This document shows positions 24,505-36,460 of a DNA stretch of 64,000 nucleotides, in pieces. Within the stretch, counting starts at the first letter, position 1, and each line of letters begins with the position of its first letter. This DNA is from Mustelus asterias (Eukaryota). The notes beneath the pieces are model-generated. The model made no database searches. It was not told the DNA's origin and saw only the letters and a list, made by a program, of their open reading frames with translations. Both the position numbers and the translations under genes were made by a program. The DNA is taken from positions 12,462,001-12,526,000 of the forward strand of contig NC_135830.1 of the NCBI RefSeq assembly GCF_964213995.1. Reading direction: 5' to 3'.

Positions 24505-26366
24505 TGACCTCCTCTGTAGCCAGTGAGGATACAAAGATTTCTCTCAAGGCCCCAGAAATTTCCTCCTTTGCCTCTCTTAGTATTTTGGGGTATATCCCAT
24601 CAGGCCCTGGGGACTTGTCTACCTTACTATTTCTCAAGAACCCCAATACCTCCTGCTTTTTGATCACAACATGACTCAAACTATGTGCACATCCTTTCCC
24701 AGACTCATCATCCACCATATCCTTCTCTTTGGTGAATACTGACGCAAAGTGCTCATTTAATACCTCACCCATTTCCTCTGGCTCCACGCATAGATTCCCT
24801 CCCTTGTCCTTGAGTGGGCTAACCCTCTCCCTGGCTACACTCTTGCTCTTTATATGTGGCTAAACAGCCTTGGGACTTCCCTTAATCCTGCTGGCCGATG
24901 TTTTTTCATGACCCCTTTTCGCCCTTCTTACTCCTTGCTTAAGTTTCTTTCCACTTTCCTTGTATTCCACACTTGCTTAGAATATGGAAGATAGAACATA
25001 GAACAGTACAGCACAGTACAGGCCCTTCGGCCCACGATGTTGTGCCGAATCTTTTCCGAAACCAAGATCAAGCTATCCCACTCCCTATCATTCTAGTGTC
25101 CTCCAAATGCCGATCCAATAACCGCTTGAAAGTTCCTAAAGTGTCCGACTGCACTATCACAGCAGGCAGTCCATTCTACACCCCAACCACTCTCTGAGTA
25201 AAGAACCTACCTCGTACATCCCTCCTATATCTTCCACCACGAACCTTTTAGTTATGTACCCTAGTAACAGCTACATCCACCCGAGGAAATAGTCTCTGAA
25301 CGTTCACTCTATCTATCCCCCTCATCATCTTATAAACCTCGATTAAGTCTCCTCTCAAACCCCTCCTCTCTAAAGGGAAAAGCCCTAGCTCCCTCAATCT
25401 TTCCTCATAAGACCTACCCTCCAAATCAGGCAGCATTCTGGTAAATCTCCTTTGCACTCTTTCCAGTGCTTCCACATCCTTCTTATGGTGAGGTGAGCAG
25501 ACTGCACACAATATTCCAAATGTGGTCTCACCAAGGTCCTGTACAGTTGCAGCATAACCCCACGGCTCTTAAGCTCAACCCCCCTGTTAAGAAACGCTCA
25601 CACACTATTGGCCTTCTTGACGGTGTTCCCAGCCTCCGAGGTTGCCAAATGTTTCCTTTTTCTCTTTGACTAGGCTCACAATATCTCTCGTTATCCAAGG
25701 TTCCCAAAACCTGCCTTTAAAATGGACCAATAATGCTACATTTTACTCTCTGAAAAGGGCAATATTCTGAACACGTCAATTAAGTCGCTTTTTATACATT
25801 CTTAGTCATAAGCAAAATAAGGCAAATTTTGTTAATCCCTGACACAATTCTGATTTGCAACCTCCGCAGTTACGCTGAAGTATGGGCGTTCTTCAGATTT
25901 CGTCGTACCCAAGATTTGAACAGCGCACTCCAGCCTTGATTTTCAAAGATTTAGCATCATTTTCCCAAATAATTATTAACAATAACAAAAACAGTATCTA
26001 AAGAGCCCCAATTTAGATTTTTCGGCAGCATGTGTGTCTTGGTATGTATTGCAGTAAGGAATCCAGTCAGCAGGCAACCTCCAGCGTGCGGAACCCACCA
26101 TCAGAGGGCGCCACATTCTCGCCTGGGCACCAGCAACTCACGTGATATTATCACGAAAACCTGCCTGGATGGCAGCCTTGTGAGTTCACAATAGATCCCC
26201 CCCGCCCCCCCACCACCCCAACACACACATAAACTCACACGAACCCACGCACATAGACACTCTCACACACCCTCGCTGCAATCATTTGAACAGAGCCTTG
26301 GTTTCCTCTCTCCTTCTGAATCTCTGACTCATTCCGTTCCCATTCACTGAGTGAGATTCACTCGGC

Positions 26367-26896
26367 ATGTGTCTGATCACAGTGGCGGCGCTCTTTCACA
26401 GTAAGTATTGGGAAATGATCATCAAGCCAGTTAATATATTAATACACACAGATGGTAATATGATTAACCACCAGAAATATCCACGTGAGGCGCATATGGG
26501 AGGCACCACAAACTATCACAGATACAGGGAATTTTAAATTAACTCTTGATACTTAATTCCTCTACCTTCACAGACAGACTTGCGCAGATCCAGTAACTCA
26601 GTCACTGGTGACAATAACCGCATCAGAAGGCGGTTTGGTGCAGTTACATTGTAAATGTGCAGACAAGGATATTTACAGCATGCAGTGGTATCAGCAGAAA
26701 CCGGCACAGCCACTGAGATGGATTATTAGCAATGCTGAGGGAACATGAAGTTTCAGGACGATATCTGGCGGCTGATGACGACTCTAAACAGAACGGTGAT
26801 CTGAATATAAGCGCCCTCAATATGGAAGACAGGGCGTCTGTTACTGTGCCGTGAGACACAAGCGTTAGATTACTGCTAAAACACCGTACAAAAGCC
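26367..26896 (+). pseudogene. TRAV/DV: TCR V pseudogene paralogous to 11440 (leader 26367-26400, exon from 26574) with degenerate RSS 26857-26896
   Basis: DPVTQSLVTITASEGGLVQLHCK...MQWYQQKPAQP; frameshifts at exon start, CDR2 and before YC; RSS CACAAGC..ACAAAAGCC. Confidence 0.88.
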
Positions 26897-27201
26897 TCAG
26901 AGATAATTCCAGCAACCGTCAGATACCTTCCACGCGAATGGTTTGACACGGGTTCAAGAAGGCAGTATTCTCTATGTAGAACAGAGCGGATGGGATGACT
27001 GGATACCGCCTGATGAGTCTGTCAGGAATAAATCAATTGGCAGATGGTGGTATCCAATCAACTCTTTATTCTCGATCCAGTGATCTCAGCTCTTCTTACC
27101 ATTGGTTCTGCAGGATGTGAGGTCAGACTGGCCTCATCCAATGCTCTCAGCTTTGTCTTGTTCGATATACTGCAGGTGTCGGAGACACAAGCAACAATGC
27201 G

Positions 27202-27449
27202 TGTCCCTGGAGAGGGAGCATGCGGTATCCACGGGCGAGGTTGACGCTTTCCGCGCCCGCTGGGCACCGGAGGGGTTGGGGTGCATTATTGACCCTAATA
27301 ATCACATTTTAATTTGATGTTTTTAAGTTTCCTTTGCACTTTGATTTCTGTTCGGGCTGTTCCCCCTCCTTTTTGGGGAGCTGCCTCTTTTACTTTGTCC
27401 TGATTTAATCTGAGTTTGTTTACTTGGTTTGGTTTGACCTAAAAAGAGG
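27202..27449 (+). mobile_element. 5'-truncated non-LTR retroelement (Tx1-like) with 15-bp TSD
   Basis: ACAAGCAACAATGCG at 27187-27201 and 27450-27464; insert ends an ORF ..EREHAVSTGEVDAFRARWAPEGLGCIIDPNNHILI* followed by a T-rich UTR and short A-rich end. Confidence 0.7.
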
Positions 27450-27459
27450 ACAAGCAACA

Positions 27460-28569
27460 ATGCGGATCTCCGTTCGTGCTGTTTTCTGAGTGACATTCAT
27501 TGTTGGTAAGAAATTTCAATCTTAAAAAAGGAGTAAAAAGGAATTTAATCTATAGAGGCTTAAGTTTGAAAAGCGGGATATTAATCTTAAACAAATATTA
27601 GACCTGCTTTAGAGCACAAATGCATGTTTGTGAGTGGCCTTGTTATTTGGAGAATAGATTCTATAAGCTCACTGTAAAGGCAATTTAGAGAGATTGTACC
27701 AGGATTTACTTTTACTTTATAGAGAGTTTTATGAGAGCTATTAGAAAACAATATAAAGATTATGATTAATTTCTCTCCTGGCGAGAAGACTTACGAGAAA
27801 CCTGACTGATTTCAGTACAGTGAGGATCAAATCAAATCAACTAATAGTAAATCAAATCAAAGAGGTTTAGTGTAGTGGACAGGCAGAGGATGATTCCATT
27901 TGGGAAGGATTCGAAATCTATGTCCCAGAAATCTAAGTGAAACAAAAAGATCAACTGGGAATTACAGATAAAGTTCTTTAGAAAGAGTTCTGTAGAATTT
28001 GACTCACATTGACTTAATGAAGTGTTGAGGAGACGAGAAAAGATGCATTTGAGGCAACCTGGAGAAACCCGCTGAGAGGGCTAGGGACAGAGGCATTTGA
28101 CATGAGGCGAGAGGGAGGATACTCCTGGGGATGGTAAAGGGGGACATAGATCAGTTGGAGCGAATGTGCTAGAATTTAATATCTATTTTCATGTTACACT
28201 CTGATTTTTCACCCTCGGTTCAATTGAACTTTCAATCAATGTTTTTTTTCATATCTGTGTTCCAGATCTGAGCGATGGCGATTCTGTTTCTCAGCAGGAA
28301 TCCTCACTCACTCGAACAGAGGGAGAAGATGTCACTTTAAGCTGCACCTATACCGACGATGCTTATTATTTATTCTGGTACCGTCAATATCCAGGCAGAC
28401 AGCCCGAGTTTGCGGTCCGGAGGGACAAGTACGGCGGTGCTGAATTGAAGACGGATTTCGCTCAGACTCCGTTTTCTGATACGGTCCAGCAGTCTGACAA
28501 GTTGTACCTATTGACCATCTCGGAGCTGCTGCTTTCTGACACCGCGATCTATTATTGTGCAGTGAGTCT
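27460..28569 (+). pseudogene. TRAV/DV: TCR V paralogous to 16771; V exon (28266-28569) open but leader (27460-27505) has a stop
   Basis: Leader MRISVRAVF*VTFIV (TGA 27487-27489 where the paralog has TGG); exon DSVSQQESSLTRTEGEDVTLSCTYTDDAYYLFWYRQYPGRQPEF...[10 protein letters not shown]. Confidence 0.9.
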
Positions 28570-28608
28570 CACAGTGATGGGAACGAGTGTAATCCTCGTC
28601 CAAAAACT
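28570..28608 (+). other. 23-RSS
   Basis: CACAGTG + 23 nt + CCAAAAACT. Confidence 0.93.
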
Positions 28609-29953
28609 GCCGCAGTTTTCTAGGTCACAGCTGTTGTCTGTTGAGGGCTGTTTCTAACAGCGGGTCACACACTGACAAGTCAATACACTCCTGTGACCCC
28701 AGGCACTGAGTATAAACACCATCAAAACCGTTCACATCGAAAACAAATACCGTCTGATTATTACATTCATTGAGCGAGGCTGCTGTTTATTTGCGGATCG
28801 CTGGTAACTCGCCATTCACAGTGAGAATAGAATATGTGGAGTCGCCTGGAACGAGTTATATCTCTTTTCTGATCTTTCAGAAAAAAAACTCACAGCAAAG
28901 GAATAAATAATTTAAGGTTTGAAATATCTGTCAATTGTGTAAACTGAAGCTGGCAGCTGAGGCAGATCAAATATCTCTCATTCTTCCAGCATCATTAAAT
29001 AGTATATATTAAACAAATATTAAAACTTAGAATCCTGAACATAAAAATTACAAAAGTTTATAGAAACATGGAAACTAGAAGCAGGAATAGGTCAGTCTGC
29101 TCTGCCATTCATTTTGATCATGGCTGATCATCAAATTCAATACCCTGATCCAGCAATCCCCCATATACCTTAACCCCAGAAGCTATATTTAATTTCTTCT
29201 TCAAATCACACAATGTTTTGGCCTCAACTACCTTCTGTATTAATGAAGTCTATAGATTCACCACCTCTGGGTGAATAAATTTCTCCTGCATTTTCAGTGC
29301 AAGATTAGAAATCAAAAACAGAAAATGCTGGAAAATCTCAGCAGGATTGACAACATCTGTGGGGAGAGAATAGAGCCAACGTTAAGAAGTAAATGATCTT
29401 TAAGAGCAGGTTTGATGTGTTCTAGGCACTAGGACTGATGGTGAGAAAATCGGCTGAATGCAAAACCCTAATTGAGAAGAGCGTCGGAAAGTTTGTGAAG
29501 CACAGCGAGGGATGCGTAAAAAGTACCGGCCGAGCCAGCGACGCCCACATCCTGGAAAGAAATTTTTTAAAAGTTTGCTGTAATCACCGGAAGTGCTTTG
29601 CGAAATCCGAATCGCTGGATAAGTGTTTCTGCTCAGACAAATACTTCGGTCATTTTCCTCTGCAGTTCCCCCAGAGATCTTCAGCAGTTGCTGCATTTAC
29701 CTGTACTCTGTAAAATATATTGCTGCTCCTAATCTTATATCACGGAGTGAACACAGATCAGTGGTAGCTTCAATTATTGGGAAAGTGAGGGGTGTTTCTT
29801 AGTGCTGCAATTGGCTGGTCTCCCTGAGATGACGTCAGCTCTGGACCAATCACTGTTAAGGTTAATACAGCTGACACTCACCAATAATAGTCCCCCCGGT
29901 TGTGTTTGCCTGGGGGACTCTCTCTGTTGCTCTATCTCACAGCACTCCTTCAC

Positions 29954-30185
29954 TCTCGGCCTTTTGCCTAATATCAAGTGCAAGCGCTCAGGCTGGCGTC
30001 ACCTAATTTTTTTTCACATGCAATTTTTTAAAGCCATCTCGGCCTTTTGGCGACGATGCAGCTCAGATCAAGCCCGGGAGGAAGTCCAATGCCTCATCCT
30101 GTCAGCTTGAATCTTCTTTGATCAAGCCCAAGATGAGATGTGTATTGTTTTCTTGTCAGCTTGGATCTGGTTTGTCCCTCATGTG
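29954..30185 (+). pseudogene. Degenerate U2 snRNA 5'-end-like fragments (2-3 copies)
   Basis: TCTCGGCCTTTTGCCTAATATCAAGTG (29954) and TCTCGGCCTTTTGGC (30038) match the U2 5' end; 30138-30180 resembles the U2 branch-pairing/stem II region. Confidence 0.55.
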
Positions 30186-30417
30186 GTAACTCTGATTGGA
30201 CTTTATTGGTTTTCCTAATGAGGAATAAAGTACTAAAATGTACAAAAAATCACTCATTCTGTCTCTAACTCGGTTTAACTCGCTTTCCTTCGAACTGGAT
30301 GTCTATACTGTTCCTGAGAGAGATCATTCTCTGTAATAAAGGTGAAATATTAAATAAATAATTCTAAATCAGTTTATTAATGAGGGACCATGAACATTAA
30401 TAATTGCTGTTTTCATT

Positions 30418-30640
30418 ATGATGTGGAGTTGCCGGCGTTGGACTGGGGTAGTCACAGTAAGTAGTCTCAGAACACCAGGTTAAAGTCCATCAGGTTTATT
30501 TAGTAGCACGAGCTCTCAGAGGGCCGATCTTTCATCAGGTGAGTGCCTCTAATGAAGGATGAGGAAGCGGCACTCCGAAAGCTCGTGCTATCAAATAAAC
30601 CTGTTGAACTTTAACCTGGTATTGTGAGGCTACATACTGT
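30418..30640. mobile_element. Inverted pair of short Penelope-like units
   Basis: Minus unit 30418-30545 abutting a plus unit ~30555-30640 (ccgaaagctcgtgctatcaaataaacctgttg). Confidence 0.75.
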
Positions 30641-31092
30641 TTTAATTACAGCGGGAAAAGTAATCACCCATCTCCATATCGAGACGCAGTTCTTGTGGGA
30701 TGCTCTTGTGCCGTTAAAGTACTAATTTCAGTCAGTCACTATTTTAAACCCAGAAACTCTGTGACAACTCTGAGTGTGCCTTTGATATAGTGTCACTTTT
30801 AAACCGTGTTCCCTGACAGAGAGGCACATGATACAAAAAGTTTAAATGTACAAATAGATTAAGTTGTTTGCTCGGGAGATCTGCGAGTTGTGTAAATGGG
30901 ATCAGGAAATGATTGAATTTGATCCAGGATTAATCAGAAATGTCAGAGTTCCCAGCAGTGATAATCATTGATCTCACCGAGGGAAAACCACTCACTTGAG
31001 GCTCAATGCCGCGTTCATTATCTGTACCATTTCTATGAAATTCAAACCCATGTGTTTTCCTGACACCGAACACTTTGTTGCCGACCTATCCC

Positions 31093-31131
31093 GGTTTGGG
31101 TATGAGCCCCGCGGGAGCCTCATTCACTGTG
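31093..31131 (-). other. 23-RSS
   Basis: Minus strand CACAGTG + 23 nt + ACCCAAACC. Confidence 0.9.
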
Positions 31132-31854
31132 GGTCTCAGTGCACAGTAATACACGGCGCTGTCTGTCATCTTCAAATACATTAAGAAGTCTCACAACACC
31201 AGGTTGAAGTCCAACAGGTTTATTGGCAGCACGAGCTTTCGAAGTCTCAGGCTCCTTCATCAGGTGAATGACTCACTCGCTCACTCACCTGATGAAGGAG
31301 CCTGAGACTCCAAAAGTTAGTGCTGCCAAGTAAACCTGTTGGACATTAGCTTGGTGTTGTGAGACTTCTTACTGTGCTTACCCCAGTCCAACGCCGGCAT
31401 CTCCACATCACCTTCAAATACTTCATGGACAAGTGAAAAGTACTTCGTTTCTGGTTGTGATTCCCGCTGAACGTTTCGAAGCCGGGAGCTGTCTTCTTAT
31501 ATCCATTCCTATCGGCTCTGAGCAGATACTGAGGAGCTTGTTGTGGATACTGGTGATACCAGAACAGGTCATATTCTCTAGCTGAACTCCGTACAGAGTA
31601 ACTGCAACGTGTTGCTGAATCTTCACCCTCAGCTGCTTCAACTCCTGGTTCTGACTGGGCCACTGAGGCACCGTTACTCATCTCTGAAAATAAGCAACGG
31701 GCACACAGTACGTGAGGAGTAAGAGGAAGGGTATAATCACCCAGAGAGGGGAAAAGGAAACTGCACAGGAATCGCAATATATTCTAAGAAGATTCCAGTT
31801 TCACTGACCTGTGTTCAGGATAAAAACCAAAGTCAGGAATATTTTGACCACCAT
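31132..31854 (-). pseudogene. TRAV/DV: Inverted TCR V gene disrupted by an insertion in FR3 (leader 31809-31854, exon 31132-31683)
   Basis: Leader MVVKIFLTLVFILNT; exon ASVAQSEPGVEAAEGEDSATRCSYSV...LFWYHQYPQQAPQYLL...FHLSMKYLK[insert]MTDSAVYYCALR; open if the insert and one TSD copy are removed. Confidence 0.92.
31180..31411. mobile_element. Palindromic Penelope-like insertion with 10-bp TSD and hammerhead core
   Basis: TSD CTTCAAATAC at 31170-31179 and 31412-31421; two inverted units; the minus-strand copy has intact CAC-CTGATGA-AGGAGcctgagaCTTC-GAAA-GC-TC-GTG. Confidence 0.85.
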
Positions 31855-32169
31855 GGCTCCAGGCTGAAATCCAGAAGCAGAAACAACAATCTCTGTCTGT
31901 ACCGGACCTGAAAATTGAAAGAGCCAAGAAGATGTAATGCGATAGGTTGGGATTTATTTTCCCCGTAGATTTTTATATCTGCAAATAGTCAGCTTCTGCA
32001 GAACGAGATCATAATGTTTGCTCAGTGATCAAAGAGCGCCCTCCCGTGGATAGTACAACCGTATCGGGAACAGACACATAACCAAGAGCCCAGATATATA
32101 CACTCCGAGGAATATAGAGGACCAGAAATATCCAGCACAGCTACAAAACTCGAATAAAGCAGCATCCGC

Positions 32170-35100
32170 ACCACATCCAACCTACTAATACCCCTTAGAG
32201 TCTTAAAGGTTTCAATTAAGTTGCCTGTTACTTTTCTAAACTCCAGTGGATACAAACCTAACATCACCATCCTTTCCTCATAACATAACCCGCTGACACC
32301 TGGTAACCATTTAGTAAACCTGCTCTGATTGTTTTCCAATGCATTAACATTTTTTCTTAAGATAAGAAGACAAGTACTGTACACAATCCTCCAGATGAGG
32401 CCTCACCCATGCCCTGTACAACTGAAGCATATCCGTCTGTTTTTGCAACACATGGAAACGTACAGAAACATAGAAACTAGAAGGAGGAGTAGGTAATTCG
32501 GCCCTTCGAGCCTGCACCGCCAATCATTTTGATCATGGCTGATCATCGAATTAAATATCCTGATTCCCTCTTCCCCCCATATCCCTTGATCTCTTTAGCC
32601 CCAAAAGCTATTTCTAATTTCCTCTTAAAGTCTGACAACGTTTTGGCCTCAACTACTATCTGTGGTAATCAATTCCACACATTCACGACCTTTGGGTGAA
32701 GAAATTTGTCCTCTATTCGGTTCTTAAAGGTTTACCCCTTATCCTCAAACTATGACTGCTATTTCTGGAGTTCCCCAGCATAAGATCGTAAGACCATAAG
32801 ACACAGGAGCAGAATTAGGCCACTTGCCCCATGGGGTCTGCTCCGCCATTCAATCATGGTTGTTTTTTTTTTCCTCATCCCCATTCTTCTGCCTTTTCTC
32901 CATAACCCCTAATCTCCTTACTAATCAAGAACATATCTATCTCTGTCTCAAAGACACTCAATGACCTGGCCTCCACAGCCTTCTGCGGCAAAGCGTTCCA
33001 CAGATTCACCACTCTCTGGCTGAAGAAATTCGCTCTCTTCCCTGCTTTTAAGGATCGGCCCTTTAGTCTGAGGTTGTGCCCTCTGGTTCTAGTTTTTCCT
33101 ACTATTGCGAACATCCTCTCTATGGTCACTCTGTCCACGCATCGCAGTATCCTGTAAGTTTCAATAAGAACCCCCCTCATCTTTCTAAACTCCAAAGAGT
33201 ACAGACCCAGTGTCCTCAACCGTTCCTCATATGACAAGCTCTTCAGTCCAGGGATCATCCTTGTGTATATCCTCTGGACCCTTTCCAAGGCCAGCACATT
33301 CTTCCTCAGACATGGGGCCGAGTACTGCTCACAATACTCCAAATGGGGTCTGACCAGAGCCTTATACAACCTCAGAAGTACATCCCGGCTCTTGTATACT
33401 AGCCCCCTTGGCATTAATGCAAACATTGCACTTGCCTTCCTAACTGCCGACTGAACCTGCACGTTAGCCTCAAGAGACTCTTGAACAATGACTCCCAAGT
33501 CCCTCAGTGTTTCTGATTTTCTAAGCATGTTCCCATTTAGAAAATAACCTCTGACTCCATTCCTACTTCCAAAGTGCATAAGCTCACACTTTTCCACATT
33601 GTATTCCATCTGCCACTTGTTTGCCCACTCTCCTAACTTGTCCAAGTCCTTCTGCAGCCCCCCTTGTTCCTCAATAGTACCTGTCCTTCCACCTTTCTCT
33701 GTATCAACTGCAAACCTAGCAACAGTGCCTTCAGCTCATTCTTCCAAATCGTTAATATATATTGTGAAAAGTTGTGGTCCCAGCACCGACCCCTGAGGCA
33801 CACCACGAGTCACCGGCTGCCATCCTGAAAAAATACCCCTTTACCCCCACTCTCTGCCTTCTGCCAGTCAGCCAATCTTCTATCCATGCCAGGATCTTAC
33901 CCTTAACACCATCGGGAACATTCTTTCTCAGTCTACCCTGTCTAATCCTGTTAGAATTTGAGAGTTTCTATGTAATACTCTCGCACTCTTCTAAACTCCA
34001 ATTAAAATAATCCTAATCAATTTATCTCTACTCAAATGACAGACCTGCCATCCCAGGAATCAGCCTGGTAAACCTTCGGTGTACTCCGTCTATAACAAAT
34101 ATATCCTGCCTCAGATAAGGACACCAACACTGCACACAATATACCAGGGGTGGCCTCACCGACGCACTATAGAATTGCAGCAAATCATCCCTGTCCTTCT
34201 ACTCAAATCCTCTCGCTATGAAGACCCAAATACCATTTGTCTTCTTTACTGCCTGCTGTGCCTGCAAGCTTACTTTCAGCGAGTGATGCACGAGGATTCG
34301 AAGGTCTCACTGTGTATCCACCTCTCCCAATTTAGACCCATTCGAGTAATAACATGCCTTCCTATCATTGCTGCCAAAGTGGATAACCTCACACTTATCC
34401 GCAACAAACTACATCTGCCATTGATATGCACACATTCTCCACCCGTTCAAATCACGCTGATAATATTCTTCGACCTTTTCTTCTTAATTGCTGTACCGAT
34501 ATATTAGCTCCTCGTGTTTCATGCTCCAGGGCTGCCAGAACCCTCTGTACCTCAGAGCTCTGCAATCTCTCACCATTTAGATAGTAAGCCTATTTTATAT
34601 TCTTCTTGCAAAAATGGTCAAGTCCGCACTGGCCCACATAATACACCATTTGCCAGAGCTTTGTTCACTCACTTAACCTATTTATGTCACTTTATAGCCT
34701 CCTTGCGTCATCTTCACAATTTATTTTCTGATCTATATTTGCGTTCTTCGTAAATTTAACGTCGATATATTCACGGTCTTCATCCAGGTCATTTACATCA
34801 ATTGTAAAAATTTCATTCCCCAACATTGAAGTCTGTGGCACACCATTCGTCACATTCTGTACCTTGAGAAAGGCTCACTTATGCTAAATCAGTGTTTTTG
34901 GTTTAATAGCCAATCTTGCATCCTTGCCAGTATGTAACCCCTTACATCATGAGCTATTAATTTATGCAATGATCATCGATGTCACCCCTTATCCAATGCC
35001 TTTGGAAAACCTAAGTACAGTTTACGCATTCAACGACAGCATATGTGACTCCTTCAAAAAACTCTAATAAATGTGTTAAGCATGATGTCCTTTTCACAAA

Positions 35101-36460
35101 ACCATGTTGACCCTGCTGGATTGCCTTGAATTGCGCCCTGCTATAACGTCTTCAATAATCTCTGCTAACATTTTCCCTGTGACGCATGTAATACTTGTTG
35201 CCTCGCGGTTTCCCGCTTTCTGTCCACCTTCCTATTTGAGTTAATATGTTACATCTACGATCATCCAATCCAACAGAAACTTCCCCGAAACTCCAGAATG
35301 TTGGATATTGAAACGAATCAAAAATCTGACCAGCCATTTCTTTCAGAACCTGACGGTGAAAGCCATTCAGACCCCGGAATTTGTCAGCCAGCAGACCCAA
35401 CAATTTGCTCCATACCATTTCCTGCTTATACTGATTTTCCCGAATTCGTCCCTCCATTCCATTTTCTTATTTACAGCTATTTATGGGATGTTACTTGTGT
35501 CCACGATATTGAAGCAAAATGTAAATACCTGTTTAATTAATGCGGCATAGCCCAGCTTTCCATTACCAATTCCCCGGGTGCTCTTTTTAATGGACCAACG
35601 CTCACGTTGTTCTATTCTTAGTTAAACTCGGTAGAAATTCTGACGTCTTGTACTGATATTAATAGCTAGTTGTCCCTCGGACTCCAGTGTTTCCTTACTT
35701 TTCTATAATTCTGCCATTATTTTAAGTGCTTTATGTTCTTTCTAATCTTCTGATGTGCTACTTATCTTTGCACAAATTTGATTTTTCCTTTCACTTAATG
35801 ATGTCTTTAACTTTTTGAAATAACCATTGATGATAGACCTCCATTGCAATTTTTCTTTCTGATTGGAATGTATTATTTTGTGTTCTGAAATATCTATTCA
35901 AATGTCTGCCACTGAACCTCTATTGATCTATCGTTTAAGGACATGTTACAGCTCACTCTGCGCTTTCATGCCCTCATAATTACCCTGATTTAAGTTTAAA
36001 ATAATAGTCTTGGATGCATTCTTCTCTAAGCAAAGGTATTATTCTCGCTGCTTCTAAGAAGTGCTTTCACCAAAAGATTATCAACTGACACTATCTCATT
36101 GCACCATTCCAGGTCTCGAATAGCCTGCTTACAGTTGGCTGCAGAACGCCTTATTCGATGAAACTATCCAGACAAATATCTATTATCTCCTCGTCTATGG
36201 TACTTTTGCCCAGCTGATTTTTCCAAACTATATGTAGATTGAAATGCTCCATGATTATTGCTGTACCAATCTGACAAGCGCCCATTATCTCTTCTTTCTT
36301 AATCTGTCCTACATACAGTTGCATTTAGGGGACAACGCCCACAAATGACTTATTGCCTTCATCATTTTTTACCTCGACCCAAACTGCTTCCATATCATGT
36401 TTTCCTGATCTTAGATCATTCCTCTCTAAAGTGCGAATGTCATCATTATTTATCAGAGAC
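32170..36460 (-). mobile_element. Stack of nested antisense CR1 LINE pieces of different ages
   Basis: ORF 32875..33645 (WANKWQMEYNVEKC...FFSQRVVNLWNALP), several CR1 3' ends, endonuclease-region MEAVWVEVKN..SFVGVV at 36325-36460. Confidence 0.88.

Larger units (their letters stand above)
23548..25622. mobile_element. Nested CR1 fragments (plus ~23548-24060; minus ~24060-25622)
   Basis: KSPGLDGMY...DWRIADVVSIFKKGNRDSPGNYRPVSLTSVVGKLME (plus); several minus-strand RT/3' fragments. Confidence 0.9.

Noticed and set aside
30418-31411. Palindromic elements as DNA-transposon MITEs or CRISPR-like repeats
   Set aside because: The same unit occurs singly elsewhere, the arms are unequal in length and carry hammerhead cores, fitting Penelope-type inverted pseudo-LTRs; no repeat-spacer array.
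3164-31854. NAR-TCR or Ig-like V identity for the V array
   Set aside because: Segments have their own leaders, TCR alpha/delta-type FR2/FR3 motifs and no adjacent D-J cassette; alpha versus delta usage cannot be decided from this window.
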